From an uncultured Chloroflexia bacterium (GTDB lineage Bacteria; Chloroflexota; Limnocylindria; Limnocylindrales; CSP1-4): 64,000 nt of DNA. Shown piece by piece: positions 14,966 to 26,140 of the stretch. The DNA is taken from the NCBI GenBank assembly GCA_963736025.1, contig CAVTNH010000012.1, positions 168,913 to 232,912 on the forward strand, given 5' to 3'. A model generated the notes under the pieces. The model saw only the letters and a program-made list of their open reading frames with translations, ran no database searches and was not told where the DNA came from. The position numbers and the translations under genes were made by a program. The number at the start of each line of letters is the position of its first letter. The stretch's first letter is position 1.

Positions 14966-15683
14966 ATGTACGCAGTCATCGAGACCGGCGGGAAGCAGTA
15001 CCGCGTCGAGGTCGGCACGGAGCTCCAGGTGGAGCTGCTCGACGTCGAGCCGGGCAAGACGATCACGCTCGAGCGCGTGCTCCTCGTCGCCGACGGTGAC
15101 AACGCCTCGATCGGCCGGCCGCTGGTCGCGGACGCCGAGGTCAGCGCCGAGGTCGTCCGCCAGATGCGCGGCGAGAAGGTCATCAGCTTCAAGTACCGCC
15201 CGAAGGCCCGCAGCCGCGTCAAGAAGGGCCATCGCCAGGAACTGACGGTCCTGCGGATCAGCGACATCACCTTCGGCGGCCGGAGTGCCGCGAAGGACGC
15301 GGCGAAGGCCGAGCGCGACGCGAAGTCGGAGCGACAGCACCTCGAGGAGGCCGCCGCCGCCCAGGCCGCGAAGGACGCCGAGCTCGCCGCCAAGCTGGCC
15401 GCGACCGCCGAGGCCGCGGCACCGAAGAAGGCCGGCTCCGAAGAAGGCCGACGCCAAGACCACCGCCAAGGCTGACGCGACCGCCGAGGCCAAGCCGGCG
15501 GCCAAGGCCGACGCCAAGACTGCAAGCAAGAGCCCGGCCGCCAAGGCCCCGGCTGCCAAGAAGCCAGCGGCCAAGGCCGCCGGCACCACCAAGACCACCA
15601 AGGCGAGCCCGGCCAAGGCCGACGCCGCCGACGCCAAGCCGGCCGCTCCGAAGCGGACCCGCGCCACGAAGAAGGACGAGTAG
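14966..15683 (+). CDS. rplU: 50S ribosomal protein L21 with a Lys/Ala/Pro-rich (histone H1-like) C-terminal tail; frameshift near 15435-15455
   Basis: [14 protein letters not shown]...[10 protein letters not shown] is the L21 core. The tail [26 protein letters not shown]...KKDE sits in the +1 frame, after a duplicated gaagaaggcc. Confidence 0.85.
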
Positions 15684-15688
15684 ACGAG

Positions 15689-15970
15689 ATGGCCCACAAG
15701 AAGGCTGGCGGCAGCGTCAAGAACGGTCGCGACAGCGCCGGTCAGCGCCTCGGCGTCAAGGCCGGCGACGGCCAGCTCGTGACGGCCGGCTCGATCATCG
15801 TCCGACAGCGGGGGATGACCTTCCTCGCCGGCCCGGGCACCGGCCTCGGCAAGGACTACACGGTGTTCGCGACCGTCGCGGGCAAGGTGAAGTTCGAGCA
15901 CGCCACCAAAGACAAGAAGCGCATCCGGGTCGAGGCGGTCGAGACCGCACCGGCCGGAGCGACCGCCTAG
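15689..15970 (+). CDS. rpmA: 50S ribosomal protein L27
   Basis: [24 protein letters not shown] signature. Confidence 0.95.
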   Translation: MAHKKAGGSVKNGRDSAGQRLGVKAGDGQLVTAGSIIVRQRGMTFLAGPGTGLGKDYTVFATVAGKVKFEHATKDKKRIRVEAVETAPAGATA

Positions 15971-16040
15971 CACCGAACCGCAGCCGGCGACCACCGGCGG
16001 GGCGATGGCCCTGCACGGAAGGCGTCGGAGGAGAACACCC

Positions 16041-16253
16041 GTGAAGCCCGATATCCATCCCAAGTATTTCCAGGCCAAGGTCCACTGCGGCTCGTGCGGC
16101 ACCGAGTGGGTCGTCGGATCCACCCGCGAGGAGTTGCGCGTGGACGTCTGCGCCAACTGCCACCCGTTCTTCACGGGCAAGCAGAACATCATCGACACGG
16201 CCGGCCAGGTCGAGCGCTTCCAGAAGCGCCTCGAGCGACAGGTCCGCAGCTAG
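16041..16253 (+). CDS. rpmE: 50S ribosomal protein L31
   Basis: VKPDIHPKY...CGSCG...CANCHPFFTG. GTG start with GGAGGAG ribosome-binding site 7 nt upstream. Confidence 0.9.
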   Translation: MKPDIHPKYFQAKVHCGSCGTEWVVGSTREELRVDVCANCHPFFTGKQNIIDTAGQVERFQKRLERQVRS

Positions 16254-16294
16254 ACCCCTCGATCCCGTCCACCTTCCGGACCGCGATCGTCACG

Positions 16295-16318
16295 GCGGGC
16301 CCTCGGGCCCGCCGTTCT
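16295..16318 (+). terminator. Probable intrinsic terminator after rpmE
   Basis: GGCGGGCCC-tcg-GGGCCCGCC perfect 9-bp GC stem followed by GTTCTCATT. Confidence 0.5.
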
Positions 16319-16380
16319 CATTGCCTCCCCGGACCATCGGCCACGGTCGCTCGCGCGCGAACGCCGGTAGACTTCCGCCC

Positions 16381-17392
16381 ATGCCCAGATTCACCTACGG
16401 CGGTCAGGCCCTCATCGAAGGCGTCCTGATGCGCGGCCGCGATGCGATCGCCGTCGCCGTGCGCCATCCGGACGGCCGCATCGTCTTCGCCACCGAGCGC
16501 CTCGATTCGGGGTTCCACGGCACGACCTGGTCGAAGATGCCGCTGGTCCGCGGCCTGGTCGTCCTGTACGAGACCCTGATCATGGGCACCCGCTGGCTCG
16601 TCCGCAGCGCCAACGTCCAGGCGCAGGAAGAGGGGATCGAGCTCGGCAAGAGCGCCATCGCGCTGATGCTCGGGATCACGCTCTTCGCGGGCATCGGGGT
16701 CTTCTTCCTGCTGCCGCTGCTCATCGCGAGCGTGACGACCGCCCAGGTCGAGAACGGGCTCGTCCAGCACCTCGTCGAGGGGCTCGATCCGGGTGGCGCT
16801 GTTCCTCGGCTACCTCGTGCTGATCGGCCGGGCGCCCGACATCCGGCGCGTCTTCCAGTACCACGGCGCCGAGCACATGACGATCCACGCCCTCGAGGCG
16901 GACGACCCGCTGACCGTCGACGCCGTCCGCAAGTACCCGACCGCGCACCAGCGCTGCGGCACCGAGTTCCTGGTCGTCGTCATCCTGCTCTCGATCCTGG
17001 CGTTCTCGCTGGTCGGCCGGCAGGACCCGCTGGTGATGATCGCGAGCCGGATCCTGCTCATCCCGGTCATCGCATCGGTCGGCTACGAGATCCTGAAGTT
17101 CGGGGCGCGCCACCGCGCGAACCCGCTCGTCAAGGTGCTGCTGTACCCGGGTCTGCTCGTCCAGATGATCACGACGAAGCAGCCGACCGACGACATGATC
17201 GAGGTCGCCATCGTCTCGATGGAGGAGGCGCTCGTCGCCGACGGCGAGGCCGTGCCGGACGGTTCGACCCCCTTCGAGCGCGACCCGATGGTGCTGGGCC
17301 TGAAGCCCGCGCCCGCGCCGGTCTCGGGCAGCGGCCCGGTGACCGGCCCCGCCACGACGACGACACCGACCGATCCGCCAACGGGGTCATGA
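16381..17392 (+). CDS. DUF1385 (YqhQ-like) membrane protein, frameshifted near 16790
   Basis: MPRFTYGGQALIEGVLMRG start. Downstream frame carries YHGAEHMTIHALE. Stop overlaps the prfA ATG (ATGA). Confidence 0.7.
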
Positions 17393-18486
17393 GCGAGCTC
17401 GACGACAAGCTTTCCGAGGTCGCCCGCCAGTACGACGACGTCCAGGCCGAGCTGTCACGCCCGGAGGTGTCGGCCGACCCGTCGGAGATCCGTCGTCTCG
17501 GCAAGGAGTTGTCCAGGCTGGAGCCCGTCGTCGAGGCCTTCCGGCGTCTGCAGGCGGTCCGCGCCGAGCTGGCCAACCTGCGCGAGCTGCGCGACGCGGG
17601 CGACGGCGACGAGGAGATCCGCGCGATGGCGCGCGAGGAGATCGAGCCCCTGGAGGCCGACGAGGAACGACTGGTCGCGGAGCTCAAGGTGCTGCTGCTC
17701 CCGCGCGATCCCAACGACGACCGCGACGTCATCCTGGAGATCCGCGCCGGCGCCGGCGGCGAGGAGGCCGCGCTCTTCGCCAACGAGCTGCTGCGGATGT
17801 ACCTTCGCTATGCCGATGCGCACAAGTTCTCGTACGACCTGATGACCGTCAACGAGACCGGTATCGGGGGCATCAAGGAGGCGATCGTCGAGATCTCCGG
17901 CGACGGTGCCTACAGCCGCCTGAAGTTCGAGGGTGGCGTCCACCGGATCCAGCGCGTGCCCTCGACCGAATCGTCCGGGCGGATCCACACCTCCACCGCG
18001 ACGGTCGTCGTCATGCCCGAGGCCGACGAGGTCGAGATCGAGATCGACGAGGTCCGCGACCTGCGGATCGACGTCAAGCGCTCGTCGGGGCCCGGCGGCC
18101 AGTCGGTGAACACGACCGACTCGGCGGTGCGCATCACCCACCTGCCGACCGGGCTCGTCGTCGAGATCCAGGACGAGAAGAGCCAGCACAAGAACAAGGC
18201 GAAGGCCCTCGCGGTCCTGCGTTCGCGGTTGTGGGACCTGGAGCTGCAGCGTCAGCGCGCCGCCGACTCGGCCGCGCGCCGTTCGATGGTCGGATCGGGC
18301 GATCGCTCCGAGAAGGTCCGGACCTACAACATCCCGGACAACCGCGTGACCGACCACCGCATCAAGATGACGGTGCACGACGTGCCGGGCGTCCTCCAGG
18401 GCGCCATCGATCCGTTGATCGACGCGCTGGTCATGGCGGACCAGGCCGATCGCCTGTCGAACTTGGGGAACGATGACGCTGCCTGA
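17389..18486 (+). CDS. prfA: Peptide chain release factor 1
   Basis: GGQ motif ([10 protein letters not shown]) and PXT-type recognition region. Confidence 0.95.
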   Translation: MSELDDKLSEVARQYDDVQAELSRPEVSADPSEIRRLGKELSRLEPVVEAFRRLQAVRAELANLRELRDAGDGDEEIRAMAREEIEPLEADEERLVAELKVLLLPRDPNDDRDVILEIRAGAGGEEAALFANELLRMYLRYADAHKFSYDLMTVNETGIGGIKEAIVEISGDGAYSRLKFEGGVHRIQRVPSTESSGRIHTSTATVVVMPEADEVEIEIDEVRDLRIDVKRSSGPGGQSVNTTDSAVRITHLPTGLVVEIQDEKSQHKNKAKALAVLRSRLWDLELQRQRAADSAARRSMVGSGDRSEKVRTYNIPDNRVTDHRIKMTVHDVPGVLQGAIDPLIDALVMADQADRLSNLGNDDAA

Positions 18487-20776
18487 GGTCTCGACCGTCC
18501 GGTTCATCGAGCCGCGCGTGATCCCGGTCGCCCGGGCGACCGACCTCGGCTCCGTCCAGGTCCTCAAGCACGGCAACCTGTTCCAGCTGACCGACCCGTT
18601 CGGCGACATCCATCCCGATTCCCGCGGTCTCGGCATCTACCACGGCGACACGCGGATCCTGTCGTGCTCGATCCTGCGCGTCGGCGGCGCGCGCCCGGTG
18701 CTGCTCCAGGGCTCGATGGGCGGCAACTACCGCGGCCGGATCCAGTTGACGAACCCGAGCGCAGACCGCAACCCCGATGCCAAGGTCCACCCGCTCGACG
18801 ATGACCTCGTCGGGCGGACGATCGGCATCGCCCGCGACCGGCTGATCGCGCACGAGGCGCTCGAGGAGCGCGTGCGGATAGCCAGCCACAGCCCGCGACC
18901 CGAACGGATCAGCGCTCGAGCTCGAGCTCGGGTACGACGGCGCCGACATCTTCGAGGTCCGTGGCTACCCGCGTCGGACCCGTGGGACACTGCTCCCGAT
19001 CGCGGTCACGGCCGACCGCGTGACGTTCCGGTACGACGGCCTGGACGGCATCCGGCGCTTCGACGCACGTCGCCTTCTCCCAGCCGGCGACGAAGGTCGT
19101 CGCGGTCGACCCGGCGACCGATCCGATCGACGTCGGGGCCGCGGTCCGACTGCACTGGGAGCTCGACCTCGAGCCGGGCGCCGCCACGAGCGTCGACTGG
19201 ACCGTGTGGTCCAGCGAGGCCCCGCAGCCGGCATCGTCGAACGGGCCGACGTCGGCCGCCAAGGACGCGCTGCCGGCCGCCGAGATCGCGGCGCTCTTCC
19301 CTGAGCCCCCGCACGTGTCCGGCGACGAGGGTGCGGCCGCGTACCACGCCTGGGAGCGCGGGACGACGGCCGTCGACAGCGACCACGACCTGTTCAACCT
19401 CGTCATCAAGCGCTCGGTCGCGGACCTGCGGCTGCTGGTCAACGAGGGCCCCGGGCCGAACGAGCGCTACGTGGCGGCCGGCGTGCCGTGGTTCGCGACG
19501 CTGTTCGGCCGCGACGCGATCATCTCGGCGATCCAGTCGATCGCATTCCGGCCGCAGCTCGCGGTCGAGACGCTCTCGGTCCTCGCCGCCTACCAGGCCG
19601 TCGAGATCGACGACTGGCGCGACGCGGAGCCCGGCAAGATCCTCCACGAGATCCGGGCCGGCGAGATGGCCCACAGCGGCGAGCTGCCGCACACGCCGTA
19701 CTACGGCTCGGTGGATTCGACGCCGCTCTGGCTCATCCTCCTCGGCACGACCTTCGACTGGACCGGCGACCGCGCCCTGCTCGACCGGCTGTGGCCGAAC
19801 GCGATGGCGGCGCTCGAATGGATCGATCGATACGGCGACAGGGACGGGGACGGGTTCGTCGAGTACGAGCGCCGGTCCGAGCGCGGCCTCCTGAACCAGG
19901 GCTGGAAGGACTCGAGCGACGCGATCCGCGATCGGCTCGGGACCGAGGCCGCTGCCGCCGATCGCGCTCGCCGAGGTCCAGGGCTACGTCTACGACGCGA
20001 AGCGCCGCCTGGCCGGCCTCGCACGCGTGCGCGGCGAGACCGAGCTGGCGATCCGCCTCGACATCGAGGCCGACGCGCTGCAGGCGCGGTTCGACGAGGC
20101 CTTCTGGGTCGAGGACCAGGGGACCTACGCCCTCGCGCTCGATCGGGACAAGAGGCAGGCCGACGCGATCGGGTCGAATGCGGGCCAGTGCCTGTGGACC
20201 GGGATCGTCGCGCCGAATCGGGCGCGCGCCGTCGTCGACGGCCTGCTGTCGCCGGCGATGTTCTCGGGCTGGGGCATCCGCACGTACGCATCCGGCCAAC
20301 CCGGCTACAACCCCATCGGGTATCACACGGGCACGGTCTGGCCGCACGACACGTCGCTGATCGCGGCCGGCATGAAGCGCTACGGCTTCGATGACGCCGC
20401 CAACCGCCTGGTCGGGCCGATCCTCGAGGCGGCCCAGCGCTTCCCCGAGTACCGGCTGCCCGAGCTGTTCTGCGGCTTCGACCGCGACGAGTCGCACATC
20501 CCGGTGCCGTATCCGGTCGCCTGTTCGCCGCAGGCCTGGGCGGCTGCCTCGTCCTTCCTGTTCCTGACGACGATGCTCGGTCTCGAGGCCCACGCGGATC
20601 GCGGTGAGCTCGAGCTGCGCCACCCGCACCTGCCCGACTGGATGGGCAAGGTCACGCTGACGAACCTCCGCGTCGGCGAGGCGTCGGTGGACCTCCTGTT
20701 CCACCGCTGGCGTGGGACGACGAGCGCCGAGGTGCTGCGCAAGGTCGGCGACGTCGCTGTCACGATCCGGCTCTGA
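18473..20776 (+). pseudogene. Glycogen debranching enzyme / amylo-alpha-1,6-glucosidase (GDE_N + GDE_C) spread over four reading frames, so at least three frameshifts
   Basis: The four frames read GNLFQLTDPFGDI, VTFRYDGLDGIRRFDAR, GVPWFATLFGRDAIISAIQ and PIALAEVQGYVYDA...GWGIRTYA in turn. Shifts fall near 18895, 19075 and 19935. Confidence 0.7.
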
Positions 20777-20792
20777 TGGTCGCGTCCCGCCC

Positions 20793-21692
20793 GTGACCCA
20801 GGTCGGGGTGCTGTTGCGCGAGGGGATCGAGCGGCTCACCGCGAGTGGCTCCGAGTCGCCCCGGCTCGACGCCGAGCTGCTGCTCGGGTATGCCGTCGGC
20901 GTGGACCGGACCGCGATCCTGGCCCACCCCGACGCACCGGTCGGGGCGGACGCCGAGGCCGCCTACCGGGCACACGTCGAACGACGGGCCGCCGGCGAGC
21001 CTGTGGCCTACATCCGCGGGCTCAAGGAGTTCTACGGGCTGGCCTTCACGGTCGACGCCCGGGCGCTCATCCCGCGACCCGAGACCGAGCGACTCGTCGA
21101 GCTGGCCGACGCCGAGGTCATGCACCGTCTTGCCGCGACGGCGCGGCCGATCGGCTCGCCGCCGGTCCGGGTCCTCGATGTCGGCACGGGCAGTGGCGCG
21201 ATCGCGATCGCCCTGCTCGTCGCGATCCGTCGCCGGGGGGCCGTCGCCGAGGTCACCGTCGTGGCCACCGACAGCTCGCCGGTCGCCCTTGACCTGGCGC
21301 GCGAGAACGCGGTCGGCCACGCCGTCGCGGACAACCTGTCGTTCCTCGACGCCGACCTCCTGCCGCCGGTCATCGTCGATCCGTACGACATCGTCCTCGC
21401 GAACCTGCCGTACGTCCGCACCGACGCGCTGGCGGGCCTGCCGGTCGCGGCCTCGTTCGAGCCGGTCGCCGCGCTCGACGGCGGTCCCGACGGGCTCGCG
21501 GTGATCGGGCGCCTCCTCGACCGGCTGCCGCAGGCGCTCGCATCCGACGGGGTGGCGCTCCTGGAGATCGGCGCGGACCAGGGCGAGACCATCGTCGAGC
21601 TCGCAGCGACCGCGTTGCCGGGCTGGCGCCTGACGGTGCTGCCGGACCTGGCCGGCCTGCCACGGGTCGCCCGCCTGGAGCGGCCGGCGTGA
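20793..21692 (+). CDS. prmC: Release factor glutamine N5-methyltransferase PrmC/HemK
   Basis: SAM-binding VLDVGTGSGAIA and NLPY (NPPY-type) motif. Confidence 0.85.
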   Translation: MTQVGVLLREGIERLTASGSESPRLDAELLLGYAVGVDRTAILAHPDAPVGADAEAAYRAHVERRAAGEPVAYIRGLKEFYGLAFTVDARALIPRPETERLVELADAEVMHRLAATARPIGSPPVRVLDVGTGSGAIAIALLVAIRRRGAVAEVTVVATDSSPVALDLARENAVGHAVADNLSFLDADLLPPVIVDPYDIVLANLPYVRTDALAGLPVAASFEPVAALDGGPDGLAVIGRLLDRLPQALASDGVALLEIGADQGETIVELAATALPGWRLTVLPDLAGLPRVARLERPA

Positions 21693-22621
21693 TCCGGGCG
21701 CCGATCGAGCCCGTCGAGCCGGCCTTCCCGGTCCGCCTGATCGCACTCGACATCGACGGGACGCTCGTCGGGGATGATCTGGTCATCGGGCCGCGGACCC
21801 GGGACGCCGTGCGCGCCGCGGCCACCCGGGGCGTCGCCGTGTCCCTGGTCACCGGTCGGATGGTCTCGAGCGCGATGCGGTTCGCGCGCGAGCTCGGCCT
21901 GACCGACCCGGTCGTCGGCTACCAGGGCGGACTCGTCCGCGCGATGCCTCCGGATGGTTCCACGCGGCTCGGCAAGCTTCTCGTCCACACGCCGCTGCCC
22001 GCCTCGGCCGCGCGCGAGATCGTCGCGTGGACGGTCGCCCGCGGGCTCGACCCGCACCTCAACCACCTCGAGCGGTTCATCCTCCGCGCCGACGACCCGC
22101 GGGCCGACGACTACTCCGCGTTCATGGGCGCACGCGCCGAGCTCGTCCCGGATCTGGCCGGCTCGATCAGCCATCCGGTCACGAAGGTCCTCGCGGTCGG
22201 CGAGCCGCCCCTCCCGACCGAGATGGCGCCCCTCGCCGCAGCCCACTTCGCGGGGATCGCCGACGTGACGATCAGCCACCCACGCTTCCTCGAGTTCGTC
22301 GCGCCGGGTGTCTCCAAGGGTCGGGCCATCCGGTGGCTCGCGCGGCGGATGGGCGTGCCACTCGGGCAGACGCTCGCGATCGGCGACCAGTGGAACGACC
22401 TCGAGATGCTCGCCGAGGTGGGCCACGGGGCGGCGATGCCGACCGCGCCCGCCGCGGTCCGGGCGGTCGCCCGCTACGTCGCGCCGCCGGTCGGGGAGGA
22501 GGGGGTCGCCGTGTTGATCGAAGCGCTCGTCCTCGCCCCGCCGAAGGCGGCCCGCGAGGCGTCGCGCCGCCTGTCGGCCGAGGCTGCCGACGCCCGGGCG
22601 GTCGCCGACGCGGCCTCCTGA
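21689..22621 (+). CDS. HAD-IIB (Cof-type) phosphatase
   Basis: [10 protein letters not shown] motif I and GDQWND motif. Confidence 0.7.
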   Translation: MIRAPIEPVEPAFPVRLIALDIDGTLVGDDLVIGPRTRDAVRAAATRGVAVSLVTGRMVSSAMRFARELGLTDPVVGYQGGLVRAMPPDGSTRLGKLLVHTPLPASAAREIVAWTVARGLDPHLNHLERFILRADDPRADDYSAFMGARAELVPDLAGSISHPVTKVLAVGEPPLPTEMAPLAAAHFAGIADVTISHPRFLEFVAPGVSKGRAIRWLARRMGVPLGQTLAIGDQWNDLEMLAEVGHGAAMPTAPAAVRAVARYVAPPVGEEGVAVLIEALVLAPPKAAREASRRLSAEAADARAVADAAS

Positions 22622-23271
22622 TGGCACGCATCGTCGCCGACGATCCGGCCGGCCGGGCCATCGCGATCGAGGTGCTCCGCGACGGCGGCATCGTCGCCGT
22701 CCCGACCGACACGGTCTATGGGCTCGCGGTCGCACTGGACACGCCCGGCGGCATCGAGCGCCTGTTCGAGGTGAAGGCGCGGCCGCCCGACAAGGGAATC
22801 GTCCTCTTGCTCGACGAGGTGGCCCAGGCCCGCCGATTCGGGATCATGGGCCCGGCCGCCGAGGCACTCGCGGCCGCCTTCTGGCCGGGCGGTCTGACCG
22901 TCGTCGTCGCGCAGCATCCGGACGTCCGGTTGCCCGATGTGCTCACGGCCGGGTCGCCCACGATCGGCCTGCGCGTCCCGGACCACGAGGCTCCGCGCGC
23001 CCTCGCGCGCGACCTCGGGCCGCTGCCGGTCACCTCGGCCAACCTCTCCGGCCGGCCCGAGGGTCGGGACGCCATCGAGATCGACGCGCTGTTCGGCGAC
23101 TCGATCGAGCTCGTCCTCGACGGCGGCCCCGCCCAGGGCGGTCCCGCCTCGACCGTCGTCGACGCCTCCGGGGACCGACCACGGGTGCTGCGGCCGGGCG
23201 CGATCCCGGTGTCGCGCCTTGTCGAGGTCCTCGAGGCCGCCGGCATCGCCCACGACCTCGCCGCGGACTGA
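22621..23271 (+). CDS. tsaC: L-threonylcarbamoyladenylate synthase (TsaC/YrdC/Sua5 family)
   Basis: VPTDTVYGL and TSANLSG motifs. Confidence 0.85.
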   Translation: MARIVADDPAGRAIAIEVLRDGGIVAVPTDTVYGLAVALDTPGGIERLFEVKARPPDKGIVLLLDEVAQARRFGIMGPAAEALAAAFWPGGLTVVVAQHPDVRLPDVLTAGSPTIGLRVPDHEAPRALARDLGPLPVTSANLSGRPEGRDAIEIDALFGDSIELVLDGGPAQGGPASTVVDASGDRPRVLRPGAIPVSRLVEVLEAAGIAHDLAAD

Positions 23272-23369
23272 CATTCCCGCCGGTCGGTCGAGGCCGGACC
23301 CGTTCGTGGGAAGATAGCGCGCGGCGTGTCGGTCGGACCACGAGACCGGCAGGAAGGAGTCGGCGAACC

Positions 23370-24698
23370 ATGACCATCTCCCCAGTCAGGGGCGTCGCGC
23401 TTGAGTCGATCGCGGACGTCGACCCCGTCCTGTGGGAGGCGATGCTGGGCGAGCGCCGCCGCCAGCACGACAAGATCGAGCTCATCGCCAGCGAGAACTA
23501 CGTCTCCGCCGCCGTCATGGAGGCCCAGGGCAGCTGGCTGACGAACAAGTACGCCGAGGGCCTGCCGGGCAAGCGCTACTACGGCGGCTGCGAGTACGTG
23601 GACATCGCCGAGCGGCTCGCCCAGGAACGCGCGCTCGCCCTCTTCCCGGACGCAGAGCATGTCAACGTCCAGCCCCACTCGGGCGCGCAGGCGAACATGG
23701 TCGCGTACTTCAGCGTCCTCCAGCCGGGCGACCGGATCATGGGCATGAACCTCGCCCACGGCGGCCACCTGACCCACGGGATGGCCTTGAACTTCTCCGG
23801 CCGGCTGTACGAGGTCCACCCGTACGGCGTCCGGAAGGACACCGAGCGCATCGACTACGACGCCATGGAGGCGCAGGCGAAGGAGGTCCGGCCGAAGCTC
23901 ATCGTCGGCGGGGCCAGCGCCTATCCGCGCATCTGGGACTTCGACCGGATGGCCGACATCGCGCGAAGCGTCGGTGCCCTCCTGTTCATCGACATGGCCC
24001 ACATCGCCGGTCTCGTCGCGGCGGACGTGCATCCGAGCCCATTCCCGCAGGCCGACATCGTCACCACGACCACCCACAAGACCCTGCGCGGGCCGCGTGG
24101 CGGGATGATCTTCAGCCGGGCCGAGCTGCCGCCGTCGGTCGATGCGGCCGACTTCCCTGCGGTCAAGGGCAGCCTGGCCGCGTCCGTCGACCGCAACGTC
24201 TTCCCGGGCATCCAGGGCGGGCCGCTGATGCAGGTCATCGCCGGGAAGGCCGTGGCCTTCAAGCTGGCCGCCGAGCCGACGTTCCGCGAGGACCAGCGGC
24301 GCACCGTCGAGAACGCCCAGGTCATGGCCGAGACCCTCGCGAGTCTCGGTGCCCGGGTCGTGTCGGGCGGCACGGACAACCACCTCCTGCTCGTCGACGT
24401 GACGCCCCTCGGCGTGACCGGCAAGGAGGCGGAGCACCTGCTCGACGAGATCGGGATCACCGTCAACAAGAACGCGATCCCGTTCGACGAGCTCCCGCCC
24501 AACACGGCCTCGGGGATCCGGATCGGCACGCCGGCCACGACGTCGCGTGGCTTCGGGCCGGACGAGATGCGCACGATCGGCCGGATCATCATCGATGCGA
24601 TCGCCAGGCGCGACGACGCCGGGGCCCAGGCGCAGCCTGGCCGGCGAGGTCCGCGAGATCGTCGGTCGGTTCCCGGTGCCGGGCCTGCCCGCGGCGTG
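23370..24698 (+). CDS. glyA: Serine hydroxymethyltransferase; C-terminal frameshift near 24650, so the nominal ORF runs to 24767
   Basis: IELIASENY and [16 protein letters not shown] motifs. The corrected tail [20 protein letters not shown] would stop at 24696-24698. Confidence 0.9.
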
Positions 24699-24763
24699 AG
24701 GTCGAACCTCCTGGCCACCCGGTTCGCGGGTCCGGCCACCCGCGGGCCGAGTCGAGCGCCGCG

Positions 24764-25984
24764 GTGACCTTCATCTCGCTTGATGGCTATGTCGGACCGA
24801 TCGCGCTGGCATTCGCCGCCGCTGGGCTCCTGGCGCTGGTCCTGACGCCGCTCGTCAGGCGGGTCGTGGTCCGCTACAAGGTGGTCGATCGACCCGAAGC
24901 CCGCCGAGTCAACACGTCACCCATCCCCAGAGGCGGCGGCATCGCGGTCGCGACGGCGTTCCTCGTGGTGGTCGTGGTCTTCCTCCTGTTGAATGCCGAG
25001 CTCCTGCGCCTGCTCGTGCCGCTCCGGCAGAGTCAGCTCGCGGCCCTGCTGCTGGGCGGCGCGCTGGCCGCGGCGATCGGCGCCCTCGACGACCTCCTGG
25101 ACCTCCGCGCACGCTGGCAACTGGCCGGTCAGATCGGTCTCGGGCTGTTCGCGGTGGTTCTCGGGATCAACATCGGGTTCATCGCGAACCCCTTCGGCGG
25201 CCCGGTGATCCGGTTCGAGGGCGCGGTCGCGGTCGCGTTCACGGTCTTCTGGATCGTCGGGATGATCAACAGCATCAATTTCATCGACGGGCTCGACGGC
25301 CTCTCGTCCGGGATCGCCTTCATCGCCGCCGTCACCCTGGGGCTCATCAGCCTGACGAGCGACGTCAATCAGCCGCTCATCGCGGTCCTGTGCTTCATCC
25401 TGGCTGGTTCGCTGCTCGGGTTCCTTCGCTGGAACCTGCACCCCGCATCGATCTTCCCCGGCACCAGCGGCGTCCAGTTCGTCGGGTACACGCTGGCACT
25501 CCTCGCGATCCTCGGCACGGCCAAGGTCGCGGTCGCCCTGCTCGTCCTCGGCATCCCGATCATCGACACGTTCTGGATCATCGTTCGCCGGGTCTCGCAG
25601 CGACGGTCCCCGTTCAGTCCGGACCGCGGACACATCCACCACCGGATGCTCGACCTCGGCCTGTCCCATCGACAGACCGTGTTCGCCATCTACGGGCTGT
25701 GCCTCGTTCTCGCGGTCCTGGCCCTGGCCCTCTCCGGGGTGACCCAGCTCTACGCGTTCGTCGGCGTCTTCCTCGCGTTCGGGCTGGTGCTGTTCATCCC
25801 GACGCGCGGCGCCTTCCGGCGACCCGAGGAGCTGGAGGCGACGACCTACGACGACGACCCACCGAAACCCGTCACGGAGGACCCGCCCCAATCCGTGGCG
25901 GACGAGACCCCGCGACCCGTGGCGGACGAGACCCTGCGACCCCCGACGGAGGATGCGAGACAGGAGATCCGAGGGCCCGGCTGA
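24764..25984 (+). CDS. wecA: Glycosyltransferase family 4 (MraY/WecA-like), UDP-GlcNAc:undecaprenyl-phosphate GlcNAc-1-P transferase
   Basis: 11-TM protein with [18 protein letters not shown] and GDTG-like region. Same synteny position as Mtb rfe. Confidence 0.8.
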   Translation: MTFISLDGYVGPIALAFAAAGLLALVLTPLVRRVVVRYKVVDRPEARRVNTSPIPRGGGIAVATAFLVVVVVFLLLNAELLRLLVPLRQSQLAALLLGGALAAAIGALDDLLDLRARWQLAGQIGLGLFAVVLGINIGFIANPFGGPVIRFEGAVAVAFTVFWIVGMINSINFIDGLDGLSSGIAFIAAVTLGLISLTSDVNQPLIAVLCFILAGSLLGFLRWNLHPASIFPGTSGVQFVGYTLALLAILGTAKVAVALLVLGIPIIDTFWIIVRRVSQRRSPFSPDRGHIHHRMLDLGLSHRQTVFAIYGLCLVLAVLALALSGVTQLYAFVGVFLAFGLVLFIPTRGAFRRPEELEATTYDDDPPKPVTEDPPQSVADETPRPVADETLRPPTEDARQEIRGPG

Positions 25985-26140
25985 CCCAGGACTTCCGTAC
26001 TGGTGACGGCTGCCAACAGTCCTTGTCGGTCGGGTGCAGTGCGGTGCGGAGTGTGGCGATGGGCCGAAGTGGGGGGCGGTGCTAGCATCGAGCCGTGCTG
26101 GTCCCGGCAGGGAGGCTGGGTCCGTCTACGCTGAGGTTCG

